64,000 nucleotides of DNA, taken from NCBI GenBank assembly GCA_951406725.2, contig OX597832.1:14384001-14448000 (forward strand), written 5' to 3'. Positions 12,979 to 27,447 of this stretch are shown here, piece after piece. How positions within the stretch are numbered: the stretch's first letter is position 1; every line of letters starts with the position of its first letter. The translations under genes and the position numbers were made by a program. This DNA is from Octopus vulgaris. Taxonomy: Eukaryota. The notes under the pieces were generated by a model that searched no databases, was not told the DNA's origin, and saw only the letters and a program-made list of their open reading frames with translations.

Positions 12979-13857
12979 GATGGGCTTCTTGCAATTTCCA
13001 TCTACCAAATCCACTCACACGGCTTTGGTCGGTCCCAGGCTATAGTAGAAGTCACTTGCCCAAGGTTCCACGCAGTGGGACTTAACCCGGAAACATGTGG
13101 TTCGTAAGCACGCTACACTGCCACTCCTACTTAGTTGTGATTTGAGCATAACCGCTTCTGACACAGAAAATAGGGAGCCGATTTGGGCATTCTATTTTCC
13201 TTGATGGAAAGGGTCCCAACCCATGGGAAATGGGGTTTCGATAATGGGGGTGGGGCTTTCAAAGGACTGATATGTGCAACCTGATCACCTCTGCCGATCA
13301 AACTCATAAACCTTGCACTACCGTAGCGACACTGATTCTGCAGAACTGGGTTGAGTGGGAAAACCAAATTGAAAGTATAAATATAGATGTTTTTGAATCA
13401 GCAATATTATGTTCGGTTAAGTCCTATTTGGGGTGAAAAATCAATAAACTGATTCCTTATGATGATTTAATCAGGATTAAAAAATCGAACCGATTCCTTA
13501 TAGATTTTCCCAATAAAATTGGCTACACCACATTTTCAACCATAATTTTACCAATTTTGATTGGGTTTTTTTCAAACTTCATGCCAGCATTACTTAGGAC
13601 TCATAGTATATTTGAATGATTTTAAGTTCTACAAAAATGAAAGAAAAAAATCGATGAGTGGAAAAAATGATAACCCGATTCCTTATGGGATTTCCCAATC
13701 AAGTTGTCTGCAACTCATTTTCAGCCAAAAGTTCACTAATTTCAACGGATTTCGCCGAAATTTGACGTCGATGTTACTTACTTTGGTTTTAAATAAAGAA
13801 TTTGATTAGCTTTATAATTCTAACTTAATCCCGGGCAAAGCCGGACTATACTGCTAG
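12306..13857 (+). mobile_element. Non-autonomous Helitron-like element (5' boundary tentative) with a nested SINE
   Basis: 5' A|TCTGTATATATAAAA at 12306; 3' hairpin CCCGGGCAAAGCCGG followed by CTAG|T at 13854-13858; same termini as 34039-34433. Confidence 0.65.
12816..13128 (-). mobile_element. SINE family K, internally deleted copy
   Basis: Reverse complement of the 3728-4133 family. Confidence 0.85.
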
Positions 13858-14884
13858 TGACATTTAAAACGGAAGCAGTAGCATACTCGCACGTAATATC
13901 TACACACCCACCTCTTTCTCACACAGTCTATGGGAAAATTTGAAGGAAAACTTTCGTATTTCAACGATAGTAATCCTAATAGAATAAAAGGGAATGAGCT
14001 ATGTTTTCTTCGGAAACCTTGAATATTGAAGGTAGTGATAACATTTAAAGTGTTATAAAAGGGGAAAAAAATACTAATTAAATGTCAGCCTGTTTCAATA
14101 CGATTATTTAATAGGAATTTACGAGGACTTTATAGCTAGTCATTGCTTAGCAACTGTGTCATATAAAATCAACTACAACAGATTTAAATTATAAGAGAAT
14201 CGACGGTTAGTGGCTGAAAAGAGAATGTGCATGAGTGCAAATTATATTTCTCTGTAGTCTAAAATGCATGTATAGCATTCACCTAGAGATTTGCAACCAA
14301 CGACATTTCATGAAAAGATGAAAGCATGCAAAGCAACAATAGGATGTTATTAGTACAAAGTAAACACGCACTCATATACATATATATGTGTGCCTCTGTG
14401 TATGTGTGTGTCTATATGCATGTGCGTGTGTACAAATGTGTCTGTGTACATATATATATATATATATATACGTATATATATATATATACAGAGACAGAGA
14501 GAGACAGACAGACAGAAAGAGAAAAAGAGAGGGAGAGAGAGATAGATTGATAGATACAGATAGAGATATGCATATATGTATGTATAAAAATACTAGGTTC
14601 GTACAGACATACGTGTCTTTATACATACATGAATATGTATGTATATGTATATGTATATATATATGTACCTGTGTGTGTATGTGTGTGCGTGTATGTGTGT
14701 AAGTATATGTATACACACACAGAGACACACACACTCACACACACACACACACGCACACATATATATTCATATTGAGGGCATATGAAACAAATTTTCGAAA
14801 TTCGTCTCACAGAGCTTTAAATTTTAATTGCAAATTCAAAGTATTTTCTTGAAGCTTCTACACGATTACAACAAGGAATTGTAA

Positions 14885-15012
14885 TATTCTTTTCTACTCA
14901 AAGCACAAAACCGAAATTTGGGGTAATGGGCCAGTGGATCAGGGCGACCCCAGTAGGGAACCGGTACTTAATTTATCGATCTGGAAATGATGAAAAGCAG
15001 ATTCGACCTCAG
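14885..15012 (-). mobile_element. Degenerate Meta-domain-like SINE fragment
   Basis: cgaccccagtagggaaccggtacttaatttatcgatctggaaatgatgaaaagcagattcgacctc. Confidence 0.6.
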
Positions 15013-15214
15013 AATGGTAATAATATTGCTCCTGTTATTACTCAATATTTCAAATCTGAATAAACCTGTTTCCGCTGCTATCATGTATCAATTCTTACTT
15101 TTATAAAACCTCCTGTCTCCCATATATGAATACATTCAGTTGTATAATGAGGTGAGACTCCGTAATCGCGACGCAATTCTGGATAATGTCTTCGCATGCC
15201 AATTAGATAACAGT

Positions 15215-15537
15215 TGAGACCCCCTTCGGTCATGACTGACCATGGGATTGCACCTAGAAAGTTACCCTCCAAAGCACAAGTCCGGCCAAACTTGTTTATG
15301 GTAGACCAGTAGTCACCCATGCGAGCCGGCCTCCCCTATCCACGCCACCGGTGTTATCCAAAGGTCGAGACAGCTTAGCATCAATGACGTTGCAACTCAT
15401 ATCTACAGTTGAGTAAACTGGAGCAACGTGAAATAAAGTGCCTTGCTCAAGGACACAACACGCAGCCTGGTCCAGGATTCGAACTCTCAACCTCACGATC
15501 GTCAGCTCGACGCTCTAACCACTGTGCCATGCGTTTT
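15215..15537 (-). mobile_element. tRNA SINE with CORE-like domain (head B) + tail Z
   Basis: Minus strand TGGCACAGTGGTTAGAGCG..GTTCGAATCC..GTGTCCTTGAGCAAGGCACTTTATTTCACGTTGCTCCAG; distinct 3' tail also seen at 27290-27447. Confidence 0.85.
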
Positions 15538-16379
15538 GACAGTTAGACAAAAATGAACAATAAAATTGATTATGTCTTTCATTTTTCAAATAACAATTCT
15601 ATGACCAGAAAACATAATTTGTTGTTTTTCAATAACCCACCCTCTTATAAATGTGTGATTTACCTGTATTCCATAACACATTCTCCTTAAAACAAATTTC
15701 TTGACAGTATATGCTGTATATTTTTAGAAATTGCTACTTTCGTGCATAAAAGTGGACGTGGAATCCCGTACGTATACTTTATATATTTATAGATACATTC
15801 ATGCATTCAAACAACTATATCAATATCTCTCTGTATATATCTATATAGTTATCTATCTGCAACATATATATGTATGTCTGTGTGTGTATGTATTCATTTC
15901 ACGGATCTTGGCCTTGCATCGGTGATAATGGTGAAACTTATACATAAATGTGTGTGTACACTGAACTGCAGAAAAAAAACGTTTTCTCTCTTTTTTTTAT
16001 TTTTTGAAATTTCACTCTGTTGAAAATATATTTCGGAGATGTATGTGTAAATATTCCAAGACATGCTGCTTCATGGCTGGCACCCAGTTTGCAGGTAACA
16101 TTTCGACTTACCCTGACGCGAGACGCAAAAACACAGCTGCGTTGAACGCCGTGGATAGCAGTCGCAAATAATTGTTATTAAAACCTCAATGTACATGCAT
16201 ATCACGTAGAGGTTACGGGTATTAAAATCAACTTGAACCGCGTTCCTGTCGTTCGTTATCTCGACATCCGTCTCCCTCACTTTTAATCGAGTTTGGCATT
16301 ATCAATAATTTTAGTTGTGCTTGTGAAATTATAAAACGTTATTTTTGTTGTTGAGATATTTCTGTTTACTGCTTTGCAG

Positions 16380-17720
16380 CGGTCTGTTGTTCGCCTCCCC
16401 ACCTTGTTTGAGTGGAGAGACACTGATTGTGGAAAATGGATTAAGAATGCGAGCGGCTAAGTTTCTCAGTCGTTAGTACGTCAGCAAGTGAAATGATTCA
16501 ATCACTAGAAAAGGTGGAGGTAGCAAGAGAGATAGAAGAGAAGAGTTTTGTGGCAGCAACCGGGACTTTGATAGAAAACATAACGGCAGTAATGGAATAC
16601 ATAGAATATACGGAAACATGATGCAAAAAGAGCAGGTATGTTGTGGAACACATCCCTCGTAGCGAAGTATTAAAATAATTACTAGCAAAAAAAGCGCAAT
16701 TTACAAACTGTACGTGTTAAATGTTAAAACGATCGATGTTGCATCAAGAGAACAGATTTAAAGTTGCTTGGGGCCCATCTGGCCAGAGGAAAAAGCTAAC
16801 CAGCACACGGCAACGACCCTGAAACCACAGGAAGTACTGCTTTTGCCGAACTACCTTGGAAGGCGTGTAGCCAAGGTGAGAGTGGAGGAGGTCCCACTGG
16901 ATGTAAATGTGAACTGGCTGGCGGCTGCAGGAGAGAATTTCAATCCTTCAAGTAACAAGGATACTAGCGCGGAACTGGCTGTGGAAGGGCGCTCGAAGTG
17001 AGTGATAAGGCTGACCCAGAAGATTCAGAGATTATGGCTGACACCATTGTTGTAGGCGAACAAACTTGAGGATCATGGTGGAGGGCAGGCGACCTCGTCG
17101 ATTTAAGTGTGGCAAAGAGGGCCACATAAGGGCTAAGTGCACTCCCCGCTTCCTGAGAAAGTTATGGAGACCATTACAAGAGAGAGCACACAACCACCCG
17201 CAAGGTGAATAACAAAATATTATGAGGAGCTTTGTAGGCAGGTTGAAAAGGAAAAGGAATGGAGAGTGGTAGCAAGGAATTGAGAGGGACAAAAGAAGAA
17301 AGAACAATAATAGCGCCGAAGAACAACATCCCACTCCCAATACACTCCACCTAGTACCTCCTTTCCCCTCTCTATCCCTGCAAGCACCATTATTCACCCT
17401 ACCCCTCCAGGAATCGACCCCATTGATAAGCCTACAGTAACAAAAATATACATCAAGGAGCCACAAACTCCCATTCCCCATAATTCACATATTTTAAACT
17501 ATATAATATCAGGTGGTCCAAAGACCGACAACTGGAGGCAGCTTTTTTCGGAGTGTGGGCACATGTGCCAAAGGCTTTTGTTAACCGCCTGTTACGCTAG
17601 ATGTACCGACGGTTTATGGCCGTTTTGAACACCCAGGCAGAGCATATATTGTATTGAACATGTCATGCCCTACAATGTTGATGTGCTGGATCCGCCCACT
17701 ACCAGAACACATGACAACGG
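16380..17720 (+). pseudogene. Second copy of the gag/ORF1-like zinc-knuckle element, degenerate
   Basis: LLLPNYLGRRVAKVRVEEVPLDVNVNWLAAA; LRIMVEGRRPRRFKCGKEGHIRAKCTP; Pro-rich tail; no RT detected downstream. Confidence 0.7.
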
Positions 17721-17908
17721 CTTATACATAGTAAGTCAAAGTGCATGCAGGAAATAGACTTTATGAGATTTATTAAAAACATATCGCTGGCATAATGAAA
17801 TTAAAATATATTTCACAGTCACCCACGTCTCAATTTTCTTTTATAGTTCATTGTATGAATGTACGTATATGCGTGTGTACACACCTGTAATTTTACGTAT
17901 GCATATAT

Positions 17909-17991
<83 letters not shown>

Positions 17992-18402
17992 AATGTATGT
18001 ATATATGCCTGTGTTTGTATATACGTTTTGCTACAATTCCCAATGATACAGTTATCACATTACTCGTGTACGCGTTGTCTCCTTAACGTCCACCATTAAT
18101 TAGCTGTTTTCACCTTCTATACTGCATTAAACTTTCTTCTGGTTATCTGTATCACCGTTCGGTAGAATCCTGACCTAAGTGCCAGAGCACAATAAATGTC
18201 ACATTTATAGGTATTCATCTACTTTCAGTATGTACTACTACATATATATTTATTTTTTCAAATGGATTCATTTTTGCTTTCATTGTAATCACGTACACTG
18301 GAACGTAAACAGCCCACACTATTACACATTTACACATGCATATATCAACCAATAATATATATATACACACACATACAAATGCATAATTACATATTACATA
18401 TA

Positions 18403-18460
<58 letters not shown>

Positions 18461-18478
18461 CATGTATGTGTGTGTATC

Positions 18479-18519
<41 letters not shown>

Positions 18520-18740
18520 GCACACACACACAAATATATGTGTATTAATATATATGTATGTATATGTATATGCGTATATGTATATATATATATATGTTTA
18601 TTATATATTTCGCTTGTAAACGTCTCCAGAATATCGATTTCATATGTATTTTATATGCATATCTTTCCCAAATATAATGTAATATATTTCGTTACTTTGC
18701 CCATTGAAAGTGTTTCTGTACTTGTTATAATTTTCTCTCA

Positions 18741-18773
<33 letters not shown>

Positions 18774-19015
18774 GTATTCCTCAAAGTCTCGTTGAAATAT
18801 GTCGTCAAAATAGAGTGTCAATATTGCAAATTAGTTTGATTTGAAACTCTCATTGAAATATGTGACAATTCCAAATTTTACCTTCAAAATGCCCTTCCAA
18901 TAAATAGAGACATCTTTTTGTAAGTATTTTTCAATTACATTACTACCGCATTAGCTCCACGCCCTAGTTTTAATTGATTTGAACAAACGGAAGTTATAAT
19001 ATTCCTTGGCATATA

Positions 19016-19080
<65 letters not shown>

Positions 19081-19117
19081 ACATTTCTCCCATTTATATA
19101 TTCATGTAACTATATTC

Positions 19118-19235
19118 GGTTGTCAAGCGATAGTACAGGGACAAACAGAGACATATAAATACATACATATATACGACAAGCTTCTTTCAGTTTCCATCTA
19201 CCAAATCCATTCACAATGGTTTGATCAGCCCGAGG
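19118..19235 (-). mobile_element. SINE family K fragment
   Basis: cggttgtcaagcga..cttctttcagtttccatctaccaaatcc. Confidence 0.75.
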
Positions 19236-19581
19236 TGATCACACACAAACACACACACTCATATTTACAACTTGCTATCCATTCACCACATTGACACTTC
19301 TTGGTCAGACTGGCACCGACACATTTGTAATGCGTGTTTCTTAACCATATAACCACAACTTTGTATAGACTTTTAACTCATATTTATTAACTTTCCTGAA
19401 GACGAAATACAATTCTCATGAATAATCATCAATAGTACAGAGTAACAAATTTCTACTCGCCGTATTTAAGAAATGGTACCACAATTTCACTGATATTTTG
19501 AGACATTTAAGTTTAACAGCTTTGTCAATGACTTAACGATAAAGGGCAAACAAATCCACAACTGCACAAATTTACCCACGT

Positions 19582-19965
19582 TGGAGTGGCTGTGTGGTAA
19601 CTAGCTTGCTTACGAACCGCATGGATCCCAGTTCTGTCCCACTGGGTGGCACCTTGAGCAAGTGTCTTCTACTATAGCCTCGTGCCAGCAAAAGCCTTAT
19701 GAGTGGGTTTGGTAGACTGAAACTGAAAGAAGCCCGTCGTATATATGTATATGTATATGTTTGTGTGTTTGTGTTTGCCCCCCCCCCCCCAACATCGCTT
19801 GACAACCGATGCTGTTGTGTTTACGTCCCCGTAAGTTAGCGGTTCAGCAAGAGAGTCCGATAGAATAAGTACTAGGCTTACAAAGAATATGTCCTGGGGT
19901 CGATTTGCTCGACTAAAGGCGGTGCTCCAGTATGGCCACATTCAAATGACTGAAACACGTTAAGA
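19582..19965 (+). mobile_element. SINE family K
   Basis: Homologous over its full length to 3728-4133. Confidence 0.9.
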
Positions 19966-20201
19966 GTAATAACATCCAGCAAATATTAGCCTGGCGATCA
20001 CAAGACTTTCTTTTATTCAACGCCTACATCCAAATGATAGTTGAGCATTATAACATACTCTTTAGCAGAATGCAAACAGACTTTCATCAGGCCTCTTCTT
20101 GTGATACTTGGAAAGTAAAACCAACGAAAATTGTTTAGAGTAAATATTTACATTGTTGTGGTAAAATAACTTCTCTGTATGTTATCTTTTTTTCGGCAAA
20201 G

Positions 20202-20782
20202 TATTGGGTTGTCCGGAAAGTTCGTGCCGATTTATAATAGCTTAAGTGTCGACTTATTTTAGAACATGGTTGAGGTCATAAAATAGGATTTGACTACACC
20301 TCCATTTAGAGCACAGTTTAAGCGATCTTTTCGTGAAAGAAGGTTTATGTTCCTATAACCTGTGTTAATTCTGTAACCCTTTAAAATGGAAGATAACAAA
20401 GTTCGTTTTCGGCACTTGATGCTTTGGGAAGCAAACAAAAATTGCTACAGCTCGGCTGGGATGTGTTATGAACCCACCCACACCCGCTGCATATTCCCCA
20501 GATATCGTTCCTTCGGATTTCCACTTATTCAGGTCTCTTTTGAATAGTTTTAATGGTAAAAATTTTAATTCCTTGGATGACGGAAAAAGATACCTTGATG
20601 AATTCTTTGCCATGAAACTACCTCAATTCTGATGGGAAGAGGGAATTTTCGAGTTAAAGGAAAGATGGAGTCGCATTGTGCAACAAAATGGTACATATTT
20701 GGTTGATTAAAAATGTAATGTATATATTGACATTTTTTACTTTCCTTTAAAAATCGGCACGAACTTTCTGGACAACCCAATA
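20202..20782 (+). mobile_element. Internally deleted mariner element with both TIRs and TA target duplication
   Basis: TA-TTGGGTTGTCCGGAAAGTTCGTGCCGATTT ... AAATCGGCACGAACTTTCTGGACAACCCAA-TA; residual YSPDIVPSDFHLFRSL (mariner YSPDLAPSD motif). Confidence 0.93.
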
Positions 20783-22468
20783 TCTGGTAATAGAGTAAAA
20801 CTAGATAATATCTTGCATTCAGCATTCGCAAACTACGGTTTCTGCCTATCTCATCCACGGGCTAACAGAAACAGCTCCATTCATACATCATTATATACAA
20901 GAATACCTATATCCGCAAAAATACCTACATATTACTTTATGAGCTGAAGAAATGTAAGTGGCTCAACGACATCATATCCAACTATCATATGTAGACAATT
21001 ATATTGTGTTGTAGTGTTTCTCTTTTAATATACCGATGTTAAGTATGGCTTCTTCAGTCACATACGTATATACACGTGTGTAATATAAAATTAAGATAAT
21101 ACCATAAAATTAAATGCAAATAATTACAAAAATAAATAATCCCGAAATTCAGGTATTTCATTAATGTTTATCATTTATTTTAAATTAAAATCTAGATTCA
21201 TTTATTTAAACAATATACTGATTATAGAAGCTAAATCGACTTTTGGCATCTGAGATTTAAAAGTAATATACACGCATACATATATCACATAAACACACGC
21301 TTATATATCTTTGTACACGTATGTATGAAGAGCTTAAGTGTGTGTGTGTGTGTGAGTGTGTGTTTTGAATACTTTTTTGTTTCTTTATACGTATAATAAA
21401 TCAAATTAATCCTTGAGCGTATTTGCAATATCAATTTTGTTTTCTGAAATTTATGTTGAGAAAAATAATGAGATTTCTGAGATTTAATTTTAGTAGTTAC
21501 TTGATAGAGGATTTCTAGATAGCGTACGGCAACTGATAATTTGTTAACCACTCGTGTTGAGTTATCCTTTATTCCGTAGAGGTAAGACAGAAATTTTCTA
21601 TATTCATCGCTCGGAATCATCTCTGTCTGTAAACCTTCAGTGAAGCTCTACATAGCGCTGATAGCTTACCGGCTGCTATTTCTAGCAATGATCGTACTTC
21701 GTGTATATCTGTTTTGTATATTTATATTTGTACTCTTTATGAGTAATATTATTTTTAATGATATTTACATTTCTTGCATATGTTTCCACTGATTTTGGTT
21801 CGGATTTGACTGGGACTTTGAGACCAGTAAACATGCAGAGATGTAGTGGATGTTTTGAAATTTGGTAATCGGTCGTAGATTCATATGTCGATAGCCTATT
21901 GGATTCAGGTCACGCACGTGATCTGAAAAGTTTGAAACAACAGTATTGAATTATCTTTTATTCCTCTAATGGTCTCCGTGGAGGTAAGAAAATTTTCCGA
22001 TATTCACCACCCGAAAACATCGAGGATTGGTAGTATGTCAGTTGTTATGTTTTAGTGTCTGATGATAAAATCAATGTTTTTGTTTCTTTGATTCTGTTTC
22101 AGAGTGTTAATTTGGAAACAGCATTGTCAGAGTATAATTACATAGCATTGACACTGTGTGATATACGATTCTCATATCAATGGATTGTTATTTAAATCTA
22201 TGTCATTTGTCGCTGGATATTTAAACACCAGCATGACAAGAACTTACTAATGAAGAGATAAATTGTCTCACAGAGGAACCATATGTATTTTAAAACATGT
22301 AGTCGTGTTATTCACCAGGTAAATTAGAACACTGAATCAATGTTTTAATCATACAAAGGTATGCATGAAAACGCGCCAAGAGAAATGACTGAAAGTGACT
22401 GGTGGCTTGGTTATGGACAATAAAGACGAATAAATGTATTTTAAAAGGTATGCATTCCAGTATTTGTT

Positions 22469-22708
22469 AGGCACGTGGCTTAGTGGTTAGGGTGTCAGCA
22501 TCATGATCGTATCATTGTGGTTTCGATTCCTGGACTGGTCGACGCGTTGTGTTCTTGAGTAAAACGCTTCCTTTAACGTTGCTCCATTCCACTCAGCTGG
22601 CAAAAATGAGTAACGCTGCAATGGACTGGCGTCCTGCCCAGCTGGGGAACGCCATTGAAACCCAGAAACCGGGCCTATGAGCCTGGCTAGGCTTTAAAAG
22701 GGCACATA
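22469..22708 (+). mobile_element. tRNA SINE with CORE-like domain (head B) + tail Y
   Basis: GTGGCTTAGTGGTTAGGG..GTTTCGATTCC..GTTGCTCCATTCCACTCAGCTGGCAAAAATGAGT, then ATGGACTGGCGTCCTGCCCAGCTGGGGAAC..GAAACCGGGCCTATGAGCC. Confidence 0.85.
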
Positions 22709-24429
22709 TATCTATTTGCAAACGGAGGTGCATAAGCATGGCCGTTCAATTTTATGTAGTTATTTTTTTTCAGAAATTTCGGCAATGAAATATACCTCTT
22801 CCAAATGATAGGAGATTTTTTTGTTTCCATTTTCATTACATTACTAACTGGAAAGTGAAGTAATAAATAACTCTGCAGAATAAATTTTAACAGGATATCA
22901 TGACAGCTACAACGAAACATTGAAGCCCTTACATTTAATGATATTTCTTGTTAAAAACGGCAACGAAGGTATAGTAAAAAGCTATTAGCGTAAGTATTTC
23001 CACTATGTGCCAAAATTATTTATGTATGTCTTACGAAGAGGCCGAGTTTCAGAATTGTTACACTTCCAGACAACATATATTTTTCTATACAATTTGGATT
23101 TGAATCCCACTATTATTACACTTTTAATTCATACTTCTGGGGTTGAAAAATAAGTAACATTCTAATAAAGGAGTGCGTCGTTATAGATAAAAATACAGTG
23201 GTAAATATGTATGGAAATTAGAAGTTTTTGTTAAAAGAGGTAGGGCAAACATTATTTTCGCTGTGTATAGTGGTTGATTTAGGATCAGGAGATACTATAC
23301 CAGAAAACGACTGTGCGAACGTGCAGCAAAGAAAAATAGTGCAAAACATTTAAACTATTTAAAGTTTCTGGCAATCAAGAATATACCCAATGTTTTGCAT
23401 TTAGTTTAAACATTTTCCTGTTATTTTCTATAAGCACCCGCCCCCATGATTGTATGTAATTAATAAGTGTAATAAACAGGTGATGTTAAATGTTTTTTAA
23501 ATAGAAATCTATTAAGCATTAAACAATTGTCCCCACATGAACAGAGTTATTGCCCTGCAGCTTTTCACAATTTGAAACGTATTAAACTGAATTGTGCATT
23601 GGAAAATAAATAAACAAATGAATTGAAAAATATAATAAAATTTCCATATGGTTCATCAGAAAACAAAAAAAATATGCTAGTGAATTCAATTCTTTATACG
23701 TATTTTACGATGAAATTTTGTTTCTTTCAGTTTTTGTATTTTGGTTCAGCTAATAAATCCATCTCATTTGTATTCATGGTCTTCATCGAAAGAAATAAAA
23801 TAGTCTCACCTCAAAACTTCTAGATTAGTATTTTTTTTTATATTCTTTTGTTACGTCTTTAATTCAATTTCCCTGTTTATTTTCAAACACATTCAAATTC
23901 ATTTAATTTTTTTCTCTACTTTTTTTTTGCGTAACAATCATATCAATTATGGAAAATCCGGGATGAACTTTTGACGTTAAATTTGAAAAAAATTATCGTT
24001 ATTCACAAAATCATTTCTTGATTTTTGTTGATCATATTCATGATTTAAAATTAGTACATTCATAACAAATAACATGTTCATCTTTCCCTTCACTGAACCA
24101 AGCAGTTTAACTTCTGTTTTTTATTAAACAATCACTGACAGAATTTTAATTCTCCCTTTTTATAGAAAATCATATTTTTTGTCCTCGTTTTTATTTATTA
24201 TGTTGTATATTTTTCTTTATGTATCATTTGTGAGATTTCTTTCATTTATTTTTGTCTGTCGAGTTTCCTTTAATTTTATTTAATTTTTATTTTTGGTATT
24301 GATTATTTTCTACTTAATATTTTTTATGCGCTTTTTTTCTCTGTTCCAATACATTTCATCAGTTTCCTCTTTAGATGCTCTATGATGACAAACAAGATGT
24401 TTTCCTTTGATGCAAAAAGGATGGGAGGA

Positions 24430-24640
24430 GAAAAAGCTTGATGGTGTTGATGATTGCGAGGACGACGGCGACCAGGACCATGATGGTAATGAGGATGACG
24501 CCGAAGTCGATAATGATACTGATAATGTTGATTTCGAAGAAGATGAGGAGGAGATTCGTGGCAATGGTGACATCAACGAGAATGGAAATAATGATGCTGC
24601 TGATAACGATGATATGCTAATATTATAATCATAATGATAG
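24430..24640. repeat. Degenerate (GAT/GAC/AAT)n low-complexity tract
   Basis: Triplet-periodic GAY/AAT composition with no splice or homology support. Confidence 0.6.
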
Positions 24641-26036
24641 TGGTTAGGATCCTGATTAAGTCGGTCACTATCATTATCCATATAAATCTTTTCAGATTCT
24701 TTTTCCTTTTAGGACATTCGTAGAATTCTCATAATATTATACATGTTTTATCGGAAAAAAAGCTCGGTGATCAACAAACCACACCCACCATAAATCTTTG
24801 TGTGGTGACCTTACCAAACACTCTGATGGATGTTATGTTTTGTTGTTCTAATGTATGGGTCAGTCATACAGTTACCGAGCGTGTCGTTTCTAATTCAATT
24901 GATTTAAAACTTGCAGTAGCAATTTCGAGTTTGTGTAGCTTAAGTGCACAGATGCAGTTGATCTTCTTGGCCAGAATGTGCAAACATTTGGACAAATTAA
25001 GGTCTTTATTTCGCAAAACGTGCAATATTATTTCACAAAGTAGAGAACGAAGCATTTTTGTCGCCCTTTTTGGGGGGTTGGGCATCTATGTCTTTAATCG
25101 TTTAGTTTAATCTTTGTGGTCCTTAATAAACTTACTTCTGGAATTTCAGTTCAGGAAAACTTATGATATTTGAGACAGTTATACAGGGTGATAAAAATTA
25201 TTTCATGATAACAACATTAGGTATAGATTCATAGAATATTGACATTCTTAAATATACCATGAATTATTCATGTTGCTTTAATCATAATAAATCTTGGGCA
25301 GATTTTTTCCGTAATAAACTTTCAGCAATACACATCAGCGCTAGTGGCTTCAAACATTTAAAAAGATAAATTCTCCGAAAAGATTTTAAAATACATTTGT
25401 CCCTCTCTGTATGTTCTAATGATTTTATGGTGCAATTTTACATAATAAATTGATAGATAAAGTGGAAATACAAAATACAAACATTTTAGGCTTTATTAGA
25501 ATAACCTATAACAGTAATGACAAGAAAAAATAAGCATAACAGTGATATTTCAATTTGTTGTGTGTTAAGAATAAACAGAGGCCTGAGGCTAATACGTTAA
25601 AAACAACGTTATTTTCCCATTAACACAAAAGAGAATTAAAAACTATACAATAAAGATACTGCACTCCAAAATGATACTAAAATCTAAACATTTTTTTCGA
25701 AAAATTCATATTCCTCTGAGAAGATTTTGTTCTCAAAATTACAATTGAATAAACAAAATTTTCCGAAATACAGAAGGTGGTTAGTTTTTAAATAATAAAA
25801 AAGATTGTGAGAGAATTACTTTCCTAGATGCATATCATCTTGGTGGTCATGAATTAAAGTTACGTCAACCTACATTAGTTAAGAGGTCGTCCTCTCGTTT
25901 TATAGAGAAGGAAGGTATTTGAGGGAAAATTGTTGCTTTTTGTTTATATGCAGCTTTCAGATTTGATGTGTTTTATATTGTGCTATTTCAATAACGCTCA
26001 GAAAAAAAAAATCATCATAATATTTTGTTTTATCTA

Positions 26037-26440
26037 GGCGCAGGAGTGGCTGTGTGGTAAGTAGCTTGCTAACCAACCACATTGTTCCGGGTTCAGTCCC
26101 ACTGCGTGGCATCTTGGGCAAGTGTCTTCTGCTATAGCCTTGGGCCGACCAAAGCCTTGTGAGTGGATTTGGTAGACGGAAACTGAAAGAAGCCTGTCGT
26201 ATATATGTATATATATATATATATGTATGTTTGTGTGTCTATGTTCGTTCTTCTAGCATTGCTTGACAACCGGTGCTGGTGTGTTTACGTCCCCGTCACT
26301 TAGCGATTCGGCAAAAGAGACCGATAGAATAAGTACTGGGCTTACAAAGAATAAGTTCCGGGGTCGATTTGCTTGACCAAAGGCGGTACTCCAGCATGGC
26401 CGCTGTCAAATGACTGAAACAAGTAAAAGAGTAAAGAGTA
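26037..26440 (+). mobile_element. SINE family K, full length
   Basis: Homologous to 3728-4133. Confidence 0.92.
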
Positions 26441-26704
26441 TAGAGAAAATAGCTTACATTGTTTAACAATGTACCACTAAACATTGAACAGTGCAAAATG
26501 GTGTTTGTGAGGTCATATCACATTTCAGTGCAACCTTTTCAATAGTTTTGAAAAGATTGTAAGACGCAAAAGAAATCTTAGAAAACTAAAGAAGGAAGTA
26601 AGTGTAAATTTTGCCGGTGAGTGTGTTAAAATATAAGGCCCTAAAAGAGTGTGATTCTTCCGAGACACAACAACATATATTGTGTTAATTAAAAAATGCA
26701 TGTA

Positions 26705-26885
26705 TAGATAGATACATACATAGATAGATAGTTATATAGAAACATCCATCCATCCATCATCCATCCATCCATACATGCATACATACATACATACATACAT
26801 ACATACATACATACATACATACATACATACATACATACATACATACATACATACATACATGCATACTTACATACATACATATGCA
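26705..26885. repeat. (GATA)n/(CATC)n/(TACA)n compound tetranucleotide microsatellite
   Basis: Direct reading of the sequence. Confidence 0.95.
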
Positions 26886-27289
26886 TAGATATATATGTGT
26901 GTAGAGTCCGATGCCGCTGAACTTTGAGAAACGAGGTTTTGACTCATTTTTTTTTCGGAAATATTATACAGGTTTTGGTAAGAAAACGTTAACTTGAGAT
27001 AGATCAACACAACACGGGTGTAGTGATTTGTATGGGCTATTGTAACGGGTACATTAACATAAATTGTTAGAGACAACCAGAAACATAATATATTGGAGTT
27101 TCTAGTTTCAGCAGAGAAGACGGAGAAAATAATACAAGTTTAAACACGGTGCATGTCCAATAAACGACTTTTTTCTCTCGTCATGATGTGGCTATTTACT
27201 GGGTTCTAGAAAATATGTATGAGTAGCGGCTATACTGCTAAGAAATGAGTGTAACGGTCTATTCTGAGTCTCTCATTTCGAAGAACCAC

Positions 27290-27447
27290 TGTTGGTCATG
27301 AATGACCATGAGCTTTCAGGTAAAACTTTACACACCGGACAAGGTTGTTTATGCATACCTGACATTCCTCTCTACGTCACTGATGTTATCCAAAGGTACA
27401 GCTTGGCACTAGTGATGTCGAAGCTCATTTCAGCGGCTGAGTGAACA
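27290..27447 (-). mobile_element. Degenerate fragment of the head B + tail Z SINE
   Basis: ggtcatgaatgaccatg..ccggacaaggttgtttatg..tgttatccaaagg..acagcttggcactagtgatgtcg matches 15228-15420. Confidence 0.65.

Noticed and set aside
24310-24681. Acidic ORF (GVDDCEDDGDQDHDGNEDD...) and Ser-rich antisense ORF
   Set aside because: Explained by a decayed GAT/GAC triplet repeat; no convincing splice sites or domain.
24730-25130. Possible Tc1-like transposase relic on the minus strand (LRNKDLNL.., QRFMVG..)
   Set aside because: Similarity is too weak and no matching TIR pair was found.
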